This document shows positions 1-8,646 of a stretch of 64,000 bases of DNA, one piece after another. The notes below the pieces were generated by a model that saw only the letters and a list, made by a program, of their open reading frames with translations, had not been told where the DNA came from and ran no database searches. The stretch is taken from assembly GCA_045637905.1 (NCBI GenBank), contig JAZUAJ010000008.1:25085-89084 (forward strand), given 5' to 3'. The translations under genes were made by a program, and so were the position numbers. This DNA comes from Christensenellaceae bacterium. Lineage in GTDB: Bacteria; Bacillota; Clostridia; Christensenellales; Borkfalkiaceae. The stretch's first letter is position 1, and each line of letters opens with the position of its first letter.

Positions 1-1306
1 TAGGCTTAGTTATAAACTTAGAAAAGTTATTTTCTATGCTTTCAGTTAAGTCAAGCGTAATTTTGCCAATAGCGTATGCAGGTAGTTCGTTATCTCCAAC
101 GCGCATAAATTCGCTATACGAATTATATGGGTTTATATAAATTTTCTTTCTAAGCATTTTTGCTATTTTGCGCCTAACTTTATCTTCACGCTTAGCGCGT
201 TTAAAGTTAAAATAATTAAACAAATAAGCAATAAATACAACTTTATTTTTGAGTTTAGAAAGTAGTTTTATTTTTCTTTTTAATAGTCTTAATTGAAGCC
301 TATAATTTTTATCGCTAATTTCATTAGAAACCAAATCGCTAACTACAACTTCGTTTTTACCAAAACTTTTTACAAAAGGTAAGAGTTTTTTAATTTTTTT
401 AGCGTCAAGGTCGGTAGATAAATTAAAATAATCTACGTTAAGTTTGAGCGCCGTTTCAAACGCTACTGAAAGCGACGGCTTGTCAATTTCGCTTGCGCCT
501 AAGCCGTTGCTACCAAAAAATACTATGCTTTTTGCTGGCATTTCGTAAACTTGCGGAATTTCAGTTTGACCTTCTACACCGCAAAAAAGCACGTTGCGGG
601 TAGGGAGTAAAATTCTAACTATTTCGCTACTAAAACCAAAGTTTAACTTATTTTTAGACTTTTTGTTAGGCTTTAAAATTTCCGCCTTGTTAAAGGTTAA
701 TTCTAAAACTTCACTATCGGTAACGGTAAGCGAATAATTTTTGCCCGCAAAATAATTGCCAAAATATACTTCTAAAAGGGCAGGGTTTTGCCCGTCTAAT
801 AATTTAAGTTTAATTTTTACAACGTCTGTAACTAGTTTAAATCTTAATTCAACGCCAAGCGAAAGGTCGGTAAACTCTTTAAACGGGTCAAGAACGCTTG
901 GTTTTTCTTCCGTAACTATTGATTGAGTTTCCGCTTGTTCTACGTTTTCACTAACGTTGCTTTCGTCAACGTTTTCGTTTTGCGAATTTTCTTGCGTTTC
1001 GGCTTGTGTAGGCGCTTCTTCTTGAATAGTTGCCGTTTCGCTTTGAGTTGCGGGGGAAATTTCCGTTTCGCTTTCGGTTTGAGTTGCGGGTGAAGTTTCC
1101 GTTTCGCTAACTAATTGTTCGCTATTTTCATTTGAATTTTCGTTAAAATTAGGCATAGTTTCTTTGCTAGAAACGGTTACTTTTGCCTTGTTCTTTTTTT
1201 GCTTTTCAAATAAAAAATCTTCTTCAAAACGGCTAAGTAAATAGTTGCCGTTTTCATCTTTTTTCATTAAATTAACGTTGTGAAAATAAATATTGTTATA
1301 ATACAT
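1..1306 (-). CDS. hypothetical protein, truncated by the window edge (first ~435 codons present); Ser/Thr/Glu/Gln-rich low-complexity linker
   Basis: Not in the supplied track because it has no stop inside the window. Manual minus-strand translation from ATG at 1306 (MYYNNIYFHNVNLMKKDENGNY...) stayed open to position 2 when read by eye. AAGGTG Shine-Dalgarno at 1313-1318. No competing >=60 aa ORF is listed in 1-1432. Confidence 0.55.
   Translation of the reverse strand, partial: MYYNNIYFHNVNLMKKDENGNYLLSRFEEDFLFEKQKKNKAKVTVSSKETMPNFNENSNENSEQLVSETETSPATQTESETEISPATQSETATIQEEAPTQAETQENSQNENVDESNVSENVEQAETQSIVTEEKPSVLDPFKEFTDLSLGVELRFKLVTDVVKIKLKLLDGQNPALLEVYFGNYFAGKNYSLTVTDSEVLELTFNKAEILKPNKKSKNKLNFGFSSEIVRILLPTRNVLFCGVEGQTEIPQVYEMPAKSIVFFGSNGLGASEIDKPSLSVAFETALKLNVDYFNLSTDLDAKKIKKLLPFVKSFGKNEVVVSDLVSNEISDKNYRLQLRLLKRKIKLLSKLKNKVVFIAYLFNYFNFKRAKREDKVRRKIAKMLRKKIYINPYNSYSEFMRVGDNELPAYAIGKITLDLTESIENNFSKFITKP
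1031..1108 (-). repeat. imperfect tandem repeat (~2.3 copies of 30-36 nt) inside the CDS
   Basis: tgccgtttcgctttgagttgcgggggaaat / ttccgtttcgctttcggtttgagttgcgggtgaagt / ttccgtttcgct. Encodes reiterated SETE(T/I)SPATQ(T/S)E on the minus strand. Confidence 0.7.
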
Positions 1307-1395
1307 AAAATACACCTTTATAGTATAATATCACAAAAATTATCGTTTGTAAATAGCGGTAAGGTCGCTTTTTGTAGATTTTTAATATTTGTATA

Positions 1396-1427
1396 TTAAA
1401 AAAGTGTAGCCTATAATGGCTACACCT
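1396..1427 (-). terminator. intrinsic terminator downstream of the ABC permease gene
   Basis: Perfect stem GTGTAGCC/GGCTACAC (1404-1425), followed on the minus strand by a U-run (plus-strand A-run 1397-1403). Confidence 0.7.
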
Positions 1428-1432
1428 TTAAA

Positions 1433-2401
1433 TTATCTTTCTTCTCTAAAATAGTTTACACCAAGCGAAGCCGGTGGTTGATTTTCTTTACTGTCAAGCA
1501 TACTGGTTATAATTAAAACTATAACTGTTACTACGTAAGGTAAAAGTTTTATCAATTCTTGTTGTCCTAAAGAATTTAGCCCCGTAATTTTGTAGCCAAG
1601 AATATAAAGAGCGCCAAATATTATAGAACCTAAAATACAAAGGTCAGGTTTCCACATTGTAAAGATTACGAGTGCTATTGCAAGCCAACCAAACGACTGA
1701 ATAGTTAAAGTATTATCAAACGTACCGCTATTATATTCCATAACGTAAAGAAGTCCGCCTAATCCCGCTATGGCACTACCAATTAAAATAGCACCGTATT
1801 TATATGCCGTTACGTTAATGCCTACCGCATCGGCAGTTGCAGGGTTTTCACCTACGGCTCTTAAAGACAAACCTACTCTGGTTTTTTTAAGGAATATTGC
1901 AGCAATTATAGCAATTGCAATAGCAAGATAAACTAAAAATCCGTATGATAAAAATACTTCGCCAAACCAGCCTAAATCTTTTGCAAAAGGTAACGGAGTT
2001 CTTATTATTTTACTTGCTTTGGCAAAACGCATAGTGTTAACGAATTTGTCAATAAAAAATTGAGCAAAGCCTGCGCCAAAAGTAGTTAAAGCAAGACCTA
2101 CAACGTTTTGGTTAACTCTAAACGTTACTGTTAAAAAAGCGTAAATCAAACCGCCCAATGCTGAAAAAATTATGGACGTAATAATAGGAATTATTATTAA
2201 GAATATCCATAATGCAGAATTAGGACTGCCAAGCATATTCATATAAAGAGATACGCCAAAGCAACCGCCCGCCGTACCTAAACACATAATTCCAGGAATA
2301 CCAAGGTTTAAGTGGCCCGATTTTTCAGTAATAATTTCTCCAACAGAGCCAAGCAAGAAAACCATACCCATGCTTATAGCGCCAACTAATATACCGGTCA
2401 T
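1433..2401 (-). CDS. ABC transporter permease, BMP-family nucleoside/purine uptake system (NupQ/YufQ-like)
   Basis: 322-aa polytopic membrane ORF. AAGGGGG RBS upstream. Last gene of a BMP lipoprotein-ATPase-permease-permease array. Confidence 0.8.
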   Translation of the reverse strand: MTGILVGAISMGMVFLLGSVGEIITEKSGHLNLGIPGIMCLGTAGGCFGVSLYMNMLGSPNSALWIFLIIIPIITSIIFSALGGLIYAFLTVTFRVNQNVVGLALTTFGAGFAQFFIDKFVNTMRFAKASKIIRTPLPFAKDLGWFGEVFLSYGFLVYLAIAIAIIAAIFLKKTRVGLSLRAVGENPATADAVGINVTAYKYGAILIGSAIAGLGGLLYVMEYNSGTFDNTLTIQSFGWLAIALVIFTMWKPDLCILGSIIFGALYILGYKITGLNSLGQQELIKLLPYVVTVIVLIITSMLDSKENQPPASLGVNYFREER

Positions 2402-2403
2402 AA

Positions 2404-3525
2404 TTATTCCCCCTTGTGTTTGTTTGAAGTATTTTTTACTTCGTTTTTCTTTTTGTTAAAAGTTACTTTATAGGAGGTAAAGAATACACAACCTATTATT
2501 ATTAAGTACATTAAGCCTACAATCATATTTGATACCGAATCGTTGGTTATACCAAACGATTGTTGAACTCTACCTAAACCGTAAGTTAAAAACATAATTC
2601 CTAAAGAAGAAATTACGGTAAGTATTGGGTTCATATTGGCAATCCAAACGGCAATAATAGCGGTAAAGCCCATATTGTTAGCAGAAGTAGTGGAAACGTT
2701 ATGGTTTAAAGCCCCAGCCAATAATAAACCGATAACACCACATAGCGCACCAGATAACGCTAACGTTCTAATTATAACTTTTTTAACGTTAATTCCGGCA
2801 TATTTGGCGGTATTTTCACTATCGCCAACAATAGAAATTTCAAAGCCGTGCTTGCTATATTTCATATAAATAGTTACGAATACTGCTAAAACGGCAACAA
2901 CTAATATTGTTAAAACGGAATCGTCGCCAAGAACGGGTAACGTGCCTTGGGTAAGGGGATTTAAAGTTCCTGAGGAGTTTGAACCGCCCCATTCTTTAAT
3001 TGCAAATGCTACTAAGCCCGTAGCAATATAATTCATCATAAGGGTAAAAAGTGATTCGTTAGTACCCCAAAACGCTTTAAATATAGCAGGTATTACAGCC
3101 CAAATAACGCCAGATAAAACGGCCACGACCGTCATTATAAGCCAAAGCCAACCGTCGGGAATTTTTCCGCCCAAATAAAACATACAAGCAGTTGTTGTTA
3201 AGGCGCTTATTAAGATTTGACCATTACCGCCCAAGTTCCAAAACTTCATTTTAAAAGCGGGAATTAAAGCCAAGCCAACGCCTAACAAAAGCGCCGTACC
3301 TTTTAAAAGTTCTAAAATTCTTGAAGCAGGTTTAAAATTGCCTTCAAAAATGTATTTAATAAAGTCAATAGGGCTTTTTCCGTAAACAATAAGACAAATA
3401 AGACCGCCTAAAATTAAACCGATTGCTACTGCAATCAATCTAACGACGATTTCTCTAACTGTAGAAACGTCAGTTCTTTTTGAGATGTGAAACAAAGGTT
3501 CTTTTATAGTATTTTTAGTTTCCAT
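2404..3525 (-). CDS. ABC transporter permease, BMP-family nucleoside/purine uptake system (NupP/YufP-like)
   Basis: 373-aa polytopic membrane ORF. AAGGGGG RBS. Overlaps the upstream ATPase gene by 11 nt (translational coupling). Confidence 0.8.
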   Translation of the reverse strand: METKNTIKEPLFHISKRTDVSTVREIVVRLIAVAIGLILGGLICLIVYGKSPIDFIKYIFEGNFKPASRILELLKGTALLLGVGLALIPAFKMKFWNLGGNGQILISALTTTACMFYLGGKIPDGWLWLIMTVVAVLSGVIWAVIPAIFKAFWGTNESLFTLMMNYIATGLVAFAIKEWGGSNSSGTLNPLTQGTLPVLGDDSVLTILVVAVLAVFVTIYMKYSKHGFEISIVGDSENTAKYAGINVKKVIIRTLALSGALCGVIGLLLAGALNHNVSTTSANNMGFTAIIAVWIANMNPILTVISSLGIMFLTYGLGRVQQSFGITNDSVSNMIVGLMYLIIIGCVFFTSYKVTFNKKKNEVKNTSNKHKGE

Positions 3526-5149
3526 TATTCATTTCCCCCTTGTTTTCTTGTTTTAATTGTTCTTGCTTCCATTCTTCTTCCGTCAAATTACTGTCTTTTG
3601 CTATTCCGTATTCTTTGTTTTTAGTTTCAAAAAGGTTAAGCGAGCCCGTCATCATAAGCCCAAGTTCTTCTTTAGTAGTTTTTTCAGCGTGAACTATGCC
3701 CATAATTTCGCCGTGGCAAATAACCATAATTTTATCGCAAAGGGCAAGCATAACGTCTAAATCTTCACCTATAAATAAAATACCCGTGCCGTTTGACTTT
3801 TCTTCGTTTAAAATGTTGTATATTTGATACGATGAGTTAATGTCAAGCCCGCGAACAGGGTAGGCGGTTACTATAACGTTAGGGTTAGAGTCAATTTCAC
3901 GACCAACTAAAACTTTTTGAACGTTACCGCCCGATAAACGCCTTACGGGAGTTTCCGTTGACGGCGTTGCTATGCCTAATTTTGCTATAATTTTTTCAGC
4001 AGTAATTCTTGCCGATTTTCTATCAACGAATAAACCTTTTTTATCGTTAAAGGTTTTAAGCATCATATTGTCGGTTATAGAAAAGTTTGGTGCTAAGCCC
4101 ATACCAAGCCTATCTTCAGGGATAAAACTCATTGATATTCCGCGTTTTATAATTTCTTTTGAAGAAAGGCCTATTATACTTTCGCCTTTATGGCAAATTA
4201 CACCGCTTTCAATTTTTCTTAAACCTGCAATTGCTTCGCAAAGTTCTTTTTGACCGCAACCTGCAATACCTGCAACGCCTAAAATTTCACCGCCACGAAT
4301 ATAAAAACTAACGTTTTTAATTGCTTGGCTTTTATCGTCTGCATTTACGCATAAATCTCTAATTTCTAAAAGCGGTCTATCAAAAGTCGTTTTAGTTCTT
4401 TCAATTTGAAGGTCTATTTTTTGACCAACCATCATTTCGGTAAGTTGTTTTTCGGTTGTTTTAGAAGTTTCAACGGTGTCGATATATTCGCCTTTTCTTA
4501 ATATTGCAACTCTATCCGAAATTTCTAAAACTTCGTTAAGTTTGTGGGTTATTATAATAATAGATTTGCCGTCTTCACGCATTTTTCTTAAAACCACAAA
4601 GAGTTTTTTAGTTTCTTGCGGAGTTAAAACTGCGGTTGGCTCGTCAAGTATTAAAATGTCAGCCCCGCGGTATAAAACCTTAATAATTTCTAAGGTTTGT
4701 TTTTCGGAAACGGACATATCGTATATTTTTTTATTTAAATCTATATTAAAGCCGTACTTAGTGCAAATTTCTAACACTTCAGCACGCGTTTTTTTCAAAT
4801 CAAATTTTTCTTTATTGTCTATTCCTAAAGCAAGGTTTTGTAAAGCAGTAAAAACGTTTACCAACTTAAAATGTTGGTGAACCATACCTATTTTATATTT
4901 AAACGCGTCTTTAGGAGATTGTATAATTACTTTTTTGCCGTTTATTTTTATTTCGCCTTTATCTGGATAATATATGCCGTCAAGCATGTTCATAAGAGTA
5001 GTTTTACCAGAGCCGTTTTCGCCTAACAAGGCTAAAACTTCGCCTTTAAAAACGTCAAAAGATATATTGTTGTTAGCAATAACTTTTCCAAATTGTTTAG
5101 TTATACCACAGAAACTAACAACGGCTTGTTTATTTTCGTTTTGTACCAT
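3515..5149 (-). CDS. ABC transporter ATP-binding protein with duplicated ATPase domains (NupO/YufO-like)
   Basis: Walker A GENGSGKTT in the first half. Signature LSGGNVQK in the second half. 544 aa, typical of sugar/nucleoside CUT2-type fused ATPases. Confidence 0.88.
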   Translation of the reverse strand: MVQNENKQAVVSFCGITKQFGKVIANNNISFDVFKGEVLALLGENGSGKTTLMNMLDGIYYPDKGEIKINGKKVIIQSPKDAFKYKIGMVHQHFKLVNVFTALQNLALGIDNKEKFDLKKTRAEVLEICTKYGFNIDLNKKIYDMSVSEKQTLEIIKVLYRGADILILDEPTAVLTPQETKKLFVVLRKMREDGKSIIIITHKLNEVLEISDRVAILRKGEYIDTVETSKTTEKQLTEMMVGQKIDLQIERTKTTFDRPLLEIRDLCVNADDKSQAIKNVSFYIRGGEILGVAGIAGCGQKELCEAIAGLRKIESGVICHKGESIIGLSSKEIIKRGISMSFIPEDRLGMGLAPNFSITDNMMLKTFNDKKGLFVDRKSARITAEKIIAKLGIATPSTETPVRRLSGGNVQKVLVGREIDSNPNVIVTAYPVRGLDINSSYQIYNILNEEKSNGTGILFIGEDLDVMLALCDKIMVICHGEIMGIVHAEKTTKEELGLMMTGSLNLFETKNKEYGIAKDSNLTEEEWKQEQLKQENKGEMNNGN

Positions 5150-5194
5150 ATTTTCCTTTAAAATATTAAAAATAAATTGATTAAAAATATATAA

Positions 5195-5217
5195 CCAAGG
5201 GGCAATTTGCCCCTTGG
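5195..5217 (-). promoter_or_regulatory. intra-operon stem-loop between the binding-protein and ATPase genes
   Basis: Perfect 10-bp stem CCAAGGGGCA/TGCCCCTTGG with a 3-nt loop, followed on the minus strand by T-rich sequence. Confidence 0.5.
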
Positions 5218-5237
5218 GTACATAAATTGTTGTTAGA

Positions 5238-6557
5238 TTAGAATTTTGTATTTAAGAAATTGATACCGTCAATTTTGATATCGAAATAAGGTGCAGAGCG
5301 GAAAGCAGAGTCACTTTCAGCAAAGTAAGTAACGCCGTTTTCAGTTTTGATAACGTTAGTATCACCAACGTAGTCACCGTCTAAGTCTGCTGAATATTCA
5401 GTTAAGTTAGCACCGTTAACAGTAAATTTAGAGCAATCAAATACTTTAAGTGAACCGTTCATAAGTTGAGTTCTAACGTTTTTAAGAACGTCTAAAGTGC
5501 CTTTAGCCATAACGTCACCGTTAAGGTCAGACATTGCAACCATGCAACTTTCGCCTAAGCCACCAGCAAAGTCAGTAGGGATTGCTGGAACGTTAGCGTC
5601 TGTACCAACCGATGCAATAATCCATTTGAAGTAATAAGTCCAGTCAATTTTAGAAGAAACAATGAAAGTATCTGGGCAGTTTTTAATTGTGCTACCGTTG
5701 TAAGAAACGTTAGGAATACCAGCGTTTTCACAAGCGTTAGGAGCACCCCAAGAGTCAGCGTGTTGAGAAAGTAAAGCAACGCCTCTATCAATTAAAGTGT
5801 TTGCTGCTTCTCTTTCGCCTGCTTCATCATACCAAGAGCCTGTAAATTGAACGTCCATAACAACGTTTGAGTATTGAGATTTAACGCCAAGGTAGAAAGA
5901 GGTTAAGCCTGAAACAACTTCTGCGTAAGTGAACGCGCCAACGTAACCAATTTTAACGTTATTGTTTTCATCAAAGTTTTTAGCAACGAGTTTGTTGTTT
6001 TCAGCCATTTCTTTAATTTTTAAACCAGCGGCAACACCTGCTAAATATCTACCTTCGTAAATAGAAGCGAAAGCGTTGTGATAGTTTGGAAGAACAGGGG
6101 CTACGTGTGCAGAAACACCAGTTGCGTGGAAGAATTGAACGTTTGGTCTTTCAGTAGCGGCTTGTTTCATATAAGGGTCGTGACCGAATGAGTTTGCAAA
6201 AATAGCCTTACAGCCAGCATCGGCAAGTTCAAGGGCTTTAGTTTTACATTCAGCGCCTTCAGGAATATCAGTTACGATAACCATTTGAGAATCACTTAAA
6301 CCTAACGTAGAGCAAGCGGCTTTAAAAGCGTCAATAAAGTTTTTGTCGTAAGTAGAAGTTTCGCCGTGTAAGCAAATTAAACCAATTTTAAAATCAGATT
6401 TAACTTCTAATTCGTCAAATTGAGTGAAAGTTGTACTTTCTACTTTAGGGAAAGTTACTTCATTCGCGCCGTCGTCGCCACCTTTACAGCCGGTAAAGAG
6501 ACCGAGCGTGCTAACAGCCATAACAGCCGTAAGCAACATTGTTATAAATTTCTTCAT
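5238..6557 (-). CDS. BMP-family (basic membrane protein / PnrA-NupN-like) substrate-binding lipoprotein
   Basis: Signal peptide with lipobox LFTGC near the N-terminus. 439 aa. AGGAGG RBS. Sits upstream of the cognate ABC ATPase and permeases. Confidence 0.82.
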   Translation of the reverse strand: MKKFITMLLTAVMAVSTLGLFTGCKGGDDGANEVTFPKVESTTFTQFDELEVKSDFKIGLICLHGETSTYDKNFIDAFKAACSTLGLSDSQMVIVTDIPEGAECKTKALELADAGCKAIFANSFGHDPYMKQAATERPNVQFFHATGVSAHVAPVLPNYHNAFASIYEGRYLAGVAAGLKIKEMAENNKLVAKNFDENNNVKIGYVGAFTYAEVVSGLTSFYLGVKSQYSNVVMDVQFTGSWYDEAGEREAANTLIDRGVALLSQHADSWGAPNACENAGIPNVSYNGSTIKNCPDTFIVSSKIDWTYYFKWIIASVGTDANVPAIPTDFAGGLGESCMVAMSDLNGDVMAKGTLDVLKNVRTQLMNGSLKVFDCSKFTVNGANLTEYSADLDGDYVGDTNVIKTENGVTYFAESDSAFRSAPYFDIKIDGINFLNTKF

Positions 6558-6611
6558 AAAATTACCTCCTATACCTTTTCGGTATTTTTTAATAATTAAC
6601 GCATAAAGCGT

Positions 6612-7184
6612 TTATTTAACAAATTCAATTTCTCCGTCTTGCATTTTTTTAATGCGGGCAAGGGAGTAAACGTCGTAACCAAGTTTCACGAGTTTATCGT
6701 AACCGCCTTGGTACGTTTTTTCAACGGCGCAACTTATGCCTAAAACTTGTCCGCCCGCTTGATTAACTATATCTATTAAACCAAGGCAGGCGTTGCCGTT
6801 TGCCAAAAAGTCGTCAACAATTAAAACCTTATCGTCTTTTCCTAAATATTCCTTTGAAACCATAATTACGTTTTCAGTTTTATGAGTGTAGGAATATACT
6901 TTTGAAAAATAAACGTCGTTAGAAAGGTTGAGCGATTTATGTTTTTTAGCAACTAAAACTTTGCAATTAAAAAATTGCGCCGTCAAACAAGCAAGCCCTA
7001 TGCCAGATGCTTCAACGGTTAAAATCTTGTTTATGCCAGCGCTTTTATAACGTTCGTATATTTCTTTGCCAAGCCTATTTAAAAAGGCAACGTCCATTTG
7101 GTGGTTTAAAAAACAATCCACCTTTAACACGTCACCACTTAAAATTTTGCCTTCTTTTAAAATTTTTTCTTCAAGTATTCTCAT
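6612..7184 (-). CDS. xpt: xanthine phosphoribosyltransferase
   Basis: MRILEEKILKEGKIL...VLIVDDFLANGNA (PRPP-binding motif). Start moved from the track start at 7247 to Met22 at 7184, which has a GGAAGG RBS. The track's extension would run through the riboswitch terminator. Confidence 0.9.
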   Translation of the reverse strand: MRILEEKILKEGKILSGDVLKVDCFLNHQMDVAFLNRLGKEIYERYKSAGINKILTVEASGIGLACLTAQFFNCKVLVAKKHKSLNLSNDVYFSKVYSYTHKTENVIMVSKEYLGKDDKVLIVDDFLANGNACLGLIDIVNQAGGQVLGISCAVEKTYQGGYDKLVKLGYDVYSLARIKKMQDGEIEFVK

Positions 7185-7210
7185 TATAGACCTTCCGCAA
7201 AGTGAAATAA

Positions 7211-7240
7211 AAAATAAAAAAGCAAGTTCTAAAACTTGCC
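7211..7240 (-). terminator. riboswitch expression-platform terminator
   Basis: Minus-strand stem GCAAGTT/AACTTGC (7222-7239) followed by a U-run (plus-strand A-run 7211-7221). Lies between the aptamer and the xpt start. Confidence 0.75.
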
Positions 7241-7264
7241 TTGCCAAATGAAACCACGCTTAAA

Positions 7265-7334
7265 ATTCAATAGTCGCAAATTAAGGCTTTGCGGTAGAAA
7301 CTTACGGGCCAAAAAAACCGTAAATATATTGACA
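7265..7334 (-). promoter_or_regulatory. purine riboswitch aptamer, guanine type
   Basis: The minus strand reads TCAATAtatttACGGtttttttggCCCGTaAGTTTCTACCGCAAAgccttaaTTTGCGACTATTGA. This gives P1 TCAATA/TATTGA, P2 ACGG/CCGT and P3 CGCAAA/TTTGCG. It has the conserved AGUUUCUACC core and GACUAU with C at the specificity position. Confidence 0.85.
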
Positions 7335-7355
7335 AGTTAACTTATTTATATACTT

Positions 7356-7384
7356 ATTTTAAAATATTAGCGCGCGTTTGTCAA
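7356..7384 (-). promoter_or_regulatory. sigma-A type promoter for the riboswitch-xpt operon
   Basis: Minus strand TTGACA (7384-7379), 17-nt spacer, TAAAAT (7361-7356), about 20 nt upstream of the aptamer. Confidence 0.45.
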
Positions 7385-7519
7385 CAATATTTTAAAAATA
7401 ATTATATTATTTAAAATATATGCACGAAATTGCCATTCGCCGTTTTGTATAATTATTTGACAAAATTTCTTTAAATTTCTTAAAAAATTTCCGTTATATT
7501 TTTTTAAGGGTGAAAAATT

Positions 7520-8299
7520 ATGGCTAAAAAAATTGTAATTACGTCTGGTAAAGGCGGGGTAGGAAAAACTACAATAACGGCAAATTTAGGTTATCAACTT
7601 GCTAAAAAAGGTAAGCGCGTTTTGCTTGTTGACTGTGATTTTGGGCTTAATAATTTAGACGTTGTTTGCTATATAGAAGATAAAATAGTGTTTGATTTAA
7701 TAGACGTTTTAGAAAATAAATGCCGTATAAAACAAGCGGTTATAGAAAGCCCTATAAACCCTAATTTATTTATAATTCCTTGCACTCATAGCGCTATAAA
7801 AAGCACGGTTAGTAGCCAAGCACTTAAACTTTCTTTAGAAAGTTTAGAAGATAGTTTCGACTATATTTTACTCGACTGCCCAGCAGGAATTGACGCAGGT
7901 TTTCATCGCGCCGTTTCTATTGCAACGGAAGCGTTAATAGTAACCACTCCGCTTATGACGAGTATAAGGGACGCCGACAAAGTTACGTCAATTTTAAAAA
8001 GTTACAAATTGCCAACGCGCGCCGTAATAAACCGTATGCGAGGCGACCTTGTTTTAAGCGGGCAAATGTATTCAAAAGAAGATATTTCTAACATTTTAAA
8101 AGTTGACGTTATAGGCATAGTTCCGGATAGTGACGTGGTTATAAACGGCATTGTAGACGTGCAAACGGCGCATTCTTATAAAGCGTTTTCGCTTCTTGCA
8201 AGCGCGGTTATAAAAGGAAATGGAAAAATTTACGATTATTTATCAAAATATACGGGATTTTTCGGTAGTATTAGAAAGGAACTTAAAAAGAGATTATGA
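7520..8299 (+). CDS. minD: septum site-determining ATPase MinD
   Basis: Deviant Walker A SGKGGVGKTT. 259 aa. Followed by an overlapping minE-like ORF. Confidence 0.9.
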   Translation: MAKKIVITSGKGGVGKTTITANLGYQLAKKGKRVLLVDCDFGLNNLDVVCYIEDKIVFDLIDVLENKCRIKQAVIESPINPNLFIIPCTHSAIKSTVSSQALKLSLESLEDSFDYILLDCPAGIDAGFHRAVSIATEALIVTTPLMTSIRDADKVTSILKSYKLPTRAVINRMRGDLVLSGQMYSKEDISNILKVDVIGIVPDSDVVINGIVDVQTAHSYKAFSLLASAVIKGNGKIYDYLSKYTGFFGSIRKELKKRL

Positions 8300-8520
8300 A
8301 AAATTCAAAAGCAAGGCTCAAAAACGTTATAGAGGGCGATAGGCTTATAATTAGCGAAGATATGTCCACCTTAATTTGCTACGATTTAAAAAAACTTTTA
8401 GACAATTATTTTAATACGGAAGGGCGTGTAAAAATAGACGTTGAAGCGTTAAAAGACAGTTACAAAATAACGGTAACCGCCACCGCTGAAAGTATAAAAC
8501 CTTTTGCATTGATAAAGTAA
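8296..8520 (+). CDS. minE: cell division topological specificity factor MinE (short form)
   Basis: 74 aa. ATGA overlap with minD. SKARLKNVIEGDR resembles the MinE AKERLKLILxHDR motif. Confidence 0.65.
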   Translation: MKNSKARLKNVIEGDRLIISEDMSTLICYDLKKLLDNYFNTEGRVKIDVEALKDSYKITVTATAESIKPFALIK

Positions 8521-8646
8521 GTTTTTGCGTAAAACCGTTTTGCTTTTTTGGCGTAAAATACCGCAAAATACTTTGCTTTTTATTCGGGAAAATACTTGAA
8601 AATTTTTTAATTTAGTATTAAAATAGTATAAAAGGAGTAAATATTT

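Noticed and set aside
2636-5180. Plus-strand track ORFs (2636-2869, 3557-3760, 3972-4253, 4476-4880, 4974-5180) inside the ABC transporter genes
   Set aside because: They lie antisense to well-supported genes with clear motifs. They have no RBS and their translations are low-complexity. They are typical shadow ORFs. The same reasoning applies to the other short antisense or overlapping track ORFs: 5555-5791, 6424-6606, 7007-7251, 9314-10092, 11120-11329, 13375-13701, 16745-16978, 18224-18496, 19230-19421, 19682-19921, 21197-21531, 22772-23347, 24613-25186, 26728-26922, 28177-28443, 30597-30824, 32831-33500, 33989-34210, 36119-36582, 41206-41388, 42219-42470, 44475-44720, 46422-47243, 47783-47992, 48760-49050, 52654-52947, 54111-54818, 55828-56527, 59795-59983, 60164-60364, 62336-62756 and 63713-63898.
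6612-7247. Longer N-terminal extensions offered by the track for xpt (7247), pyrR (14928), thiT (18468), the radical-SAM gene (21977), uxuA (26288), the SDR gene (28028), asnS (29908), lspA (13358), the AraC gene (46173) and the Gfo/Idh/MocA gene (51060)
   Set aside because: In each case a downstream in-frame start has a proper Shine-Dalgarno sequence and matches the usual family N-terminus. The extension overlaps a riboswitch terminator, an attenuator U-run, a LexA box, a promoter or the preceding gene.
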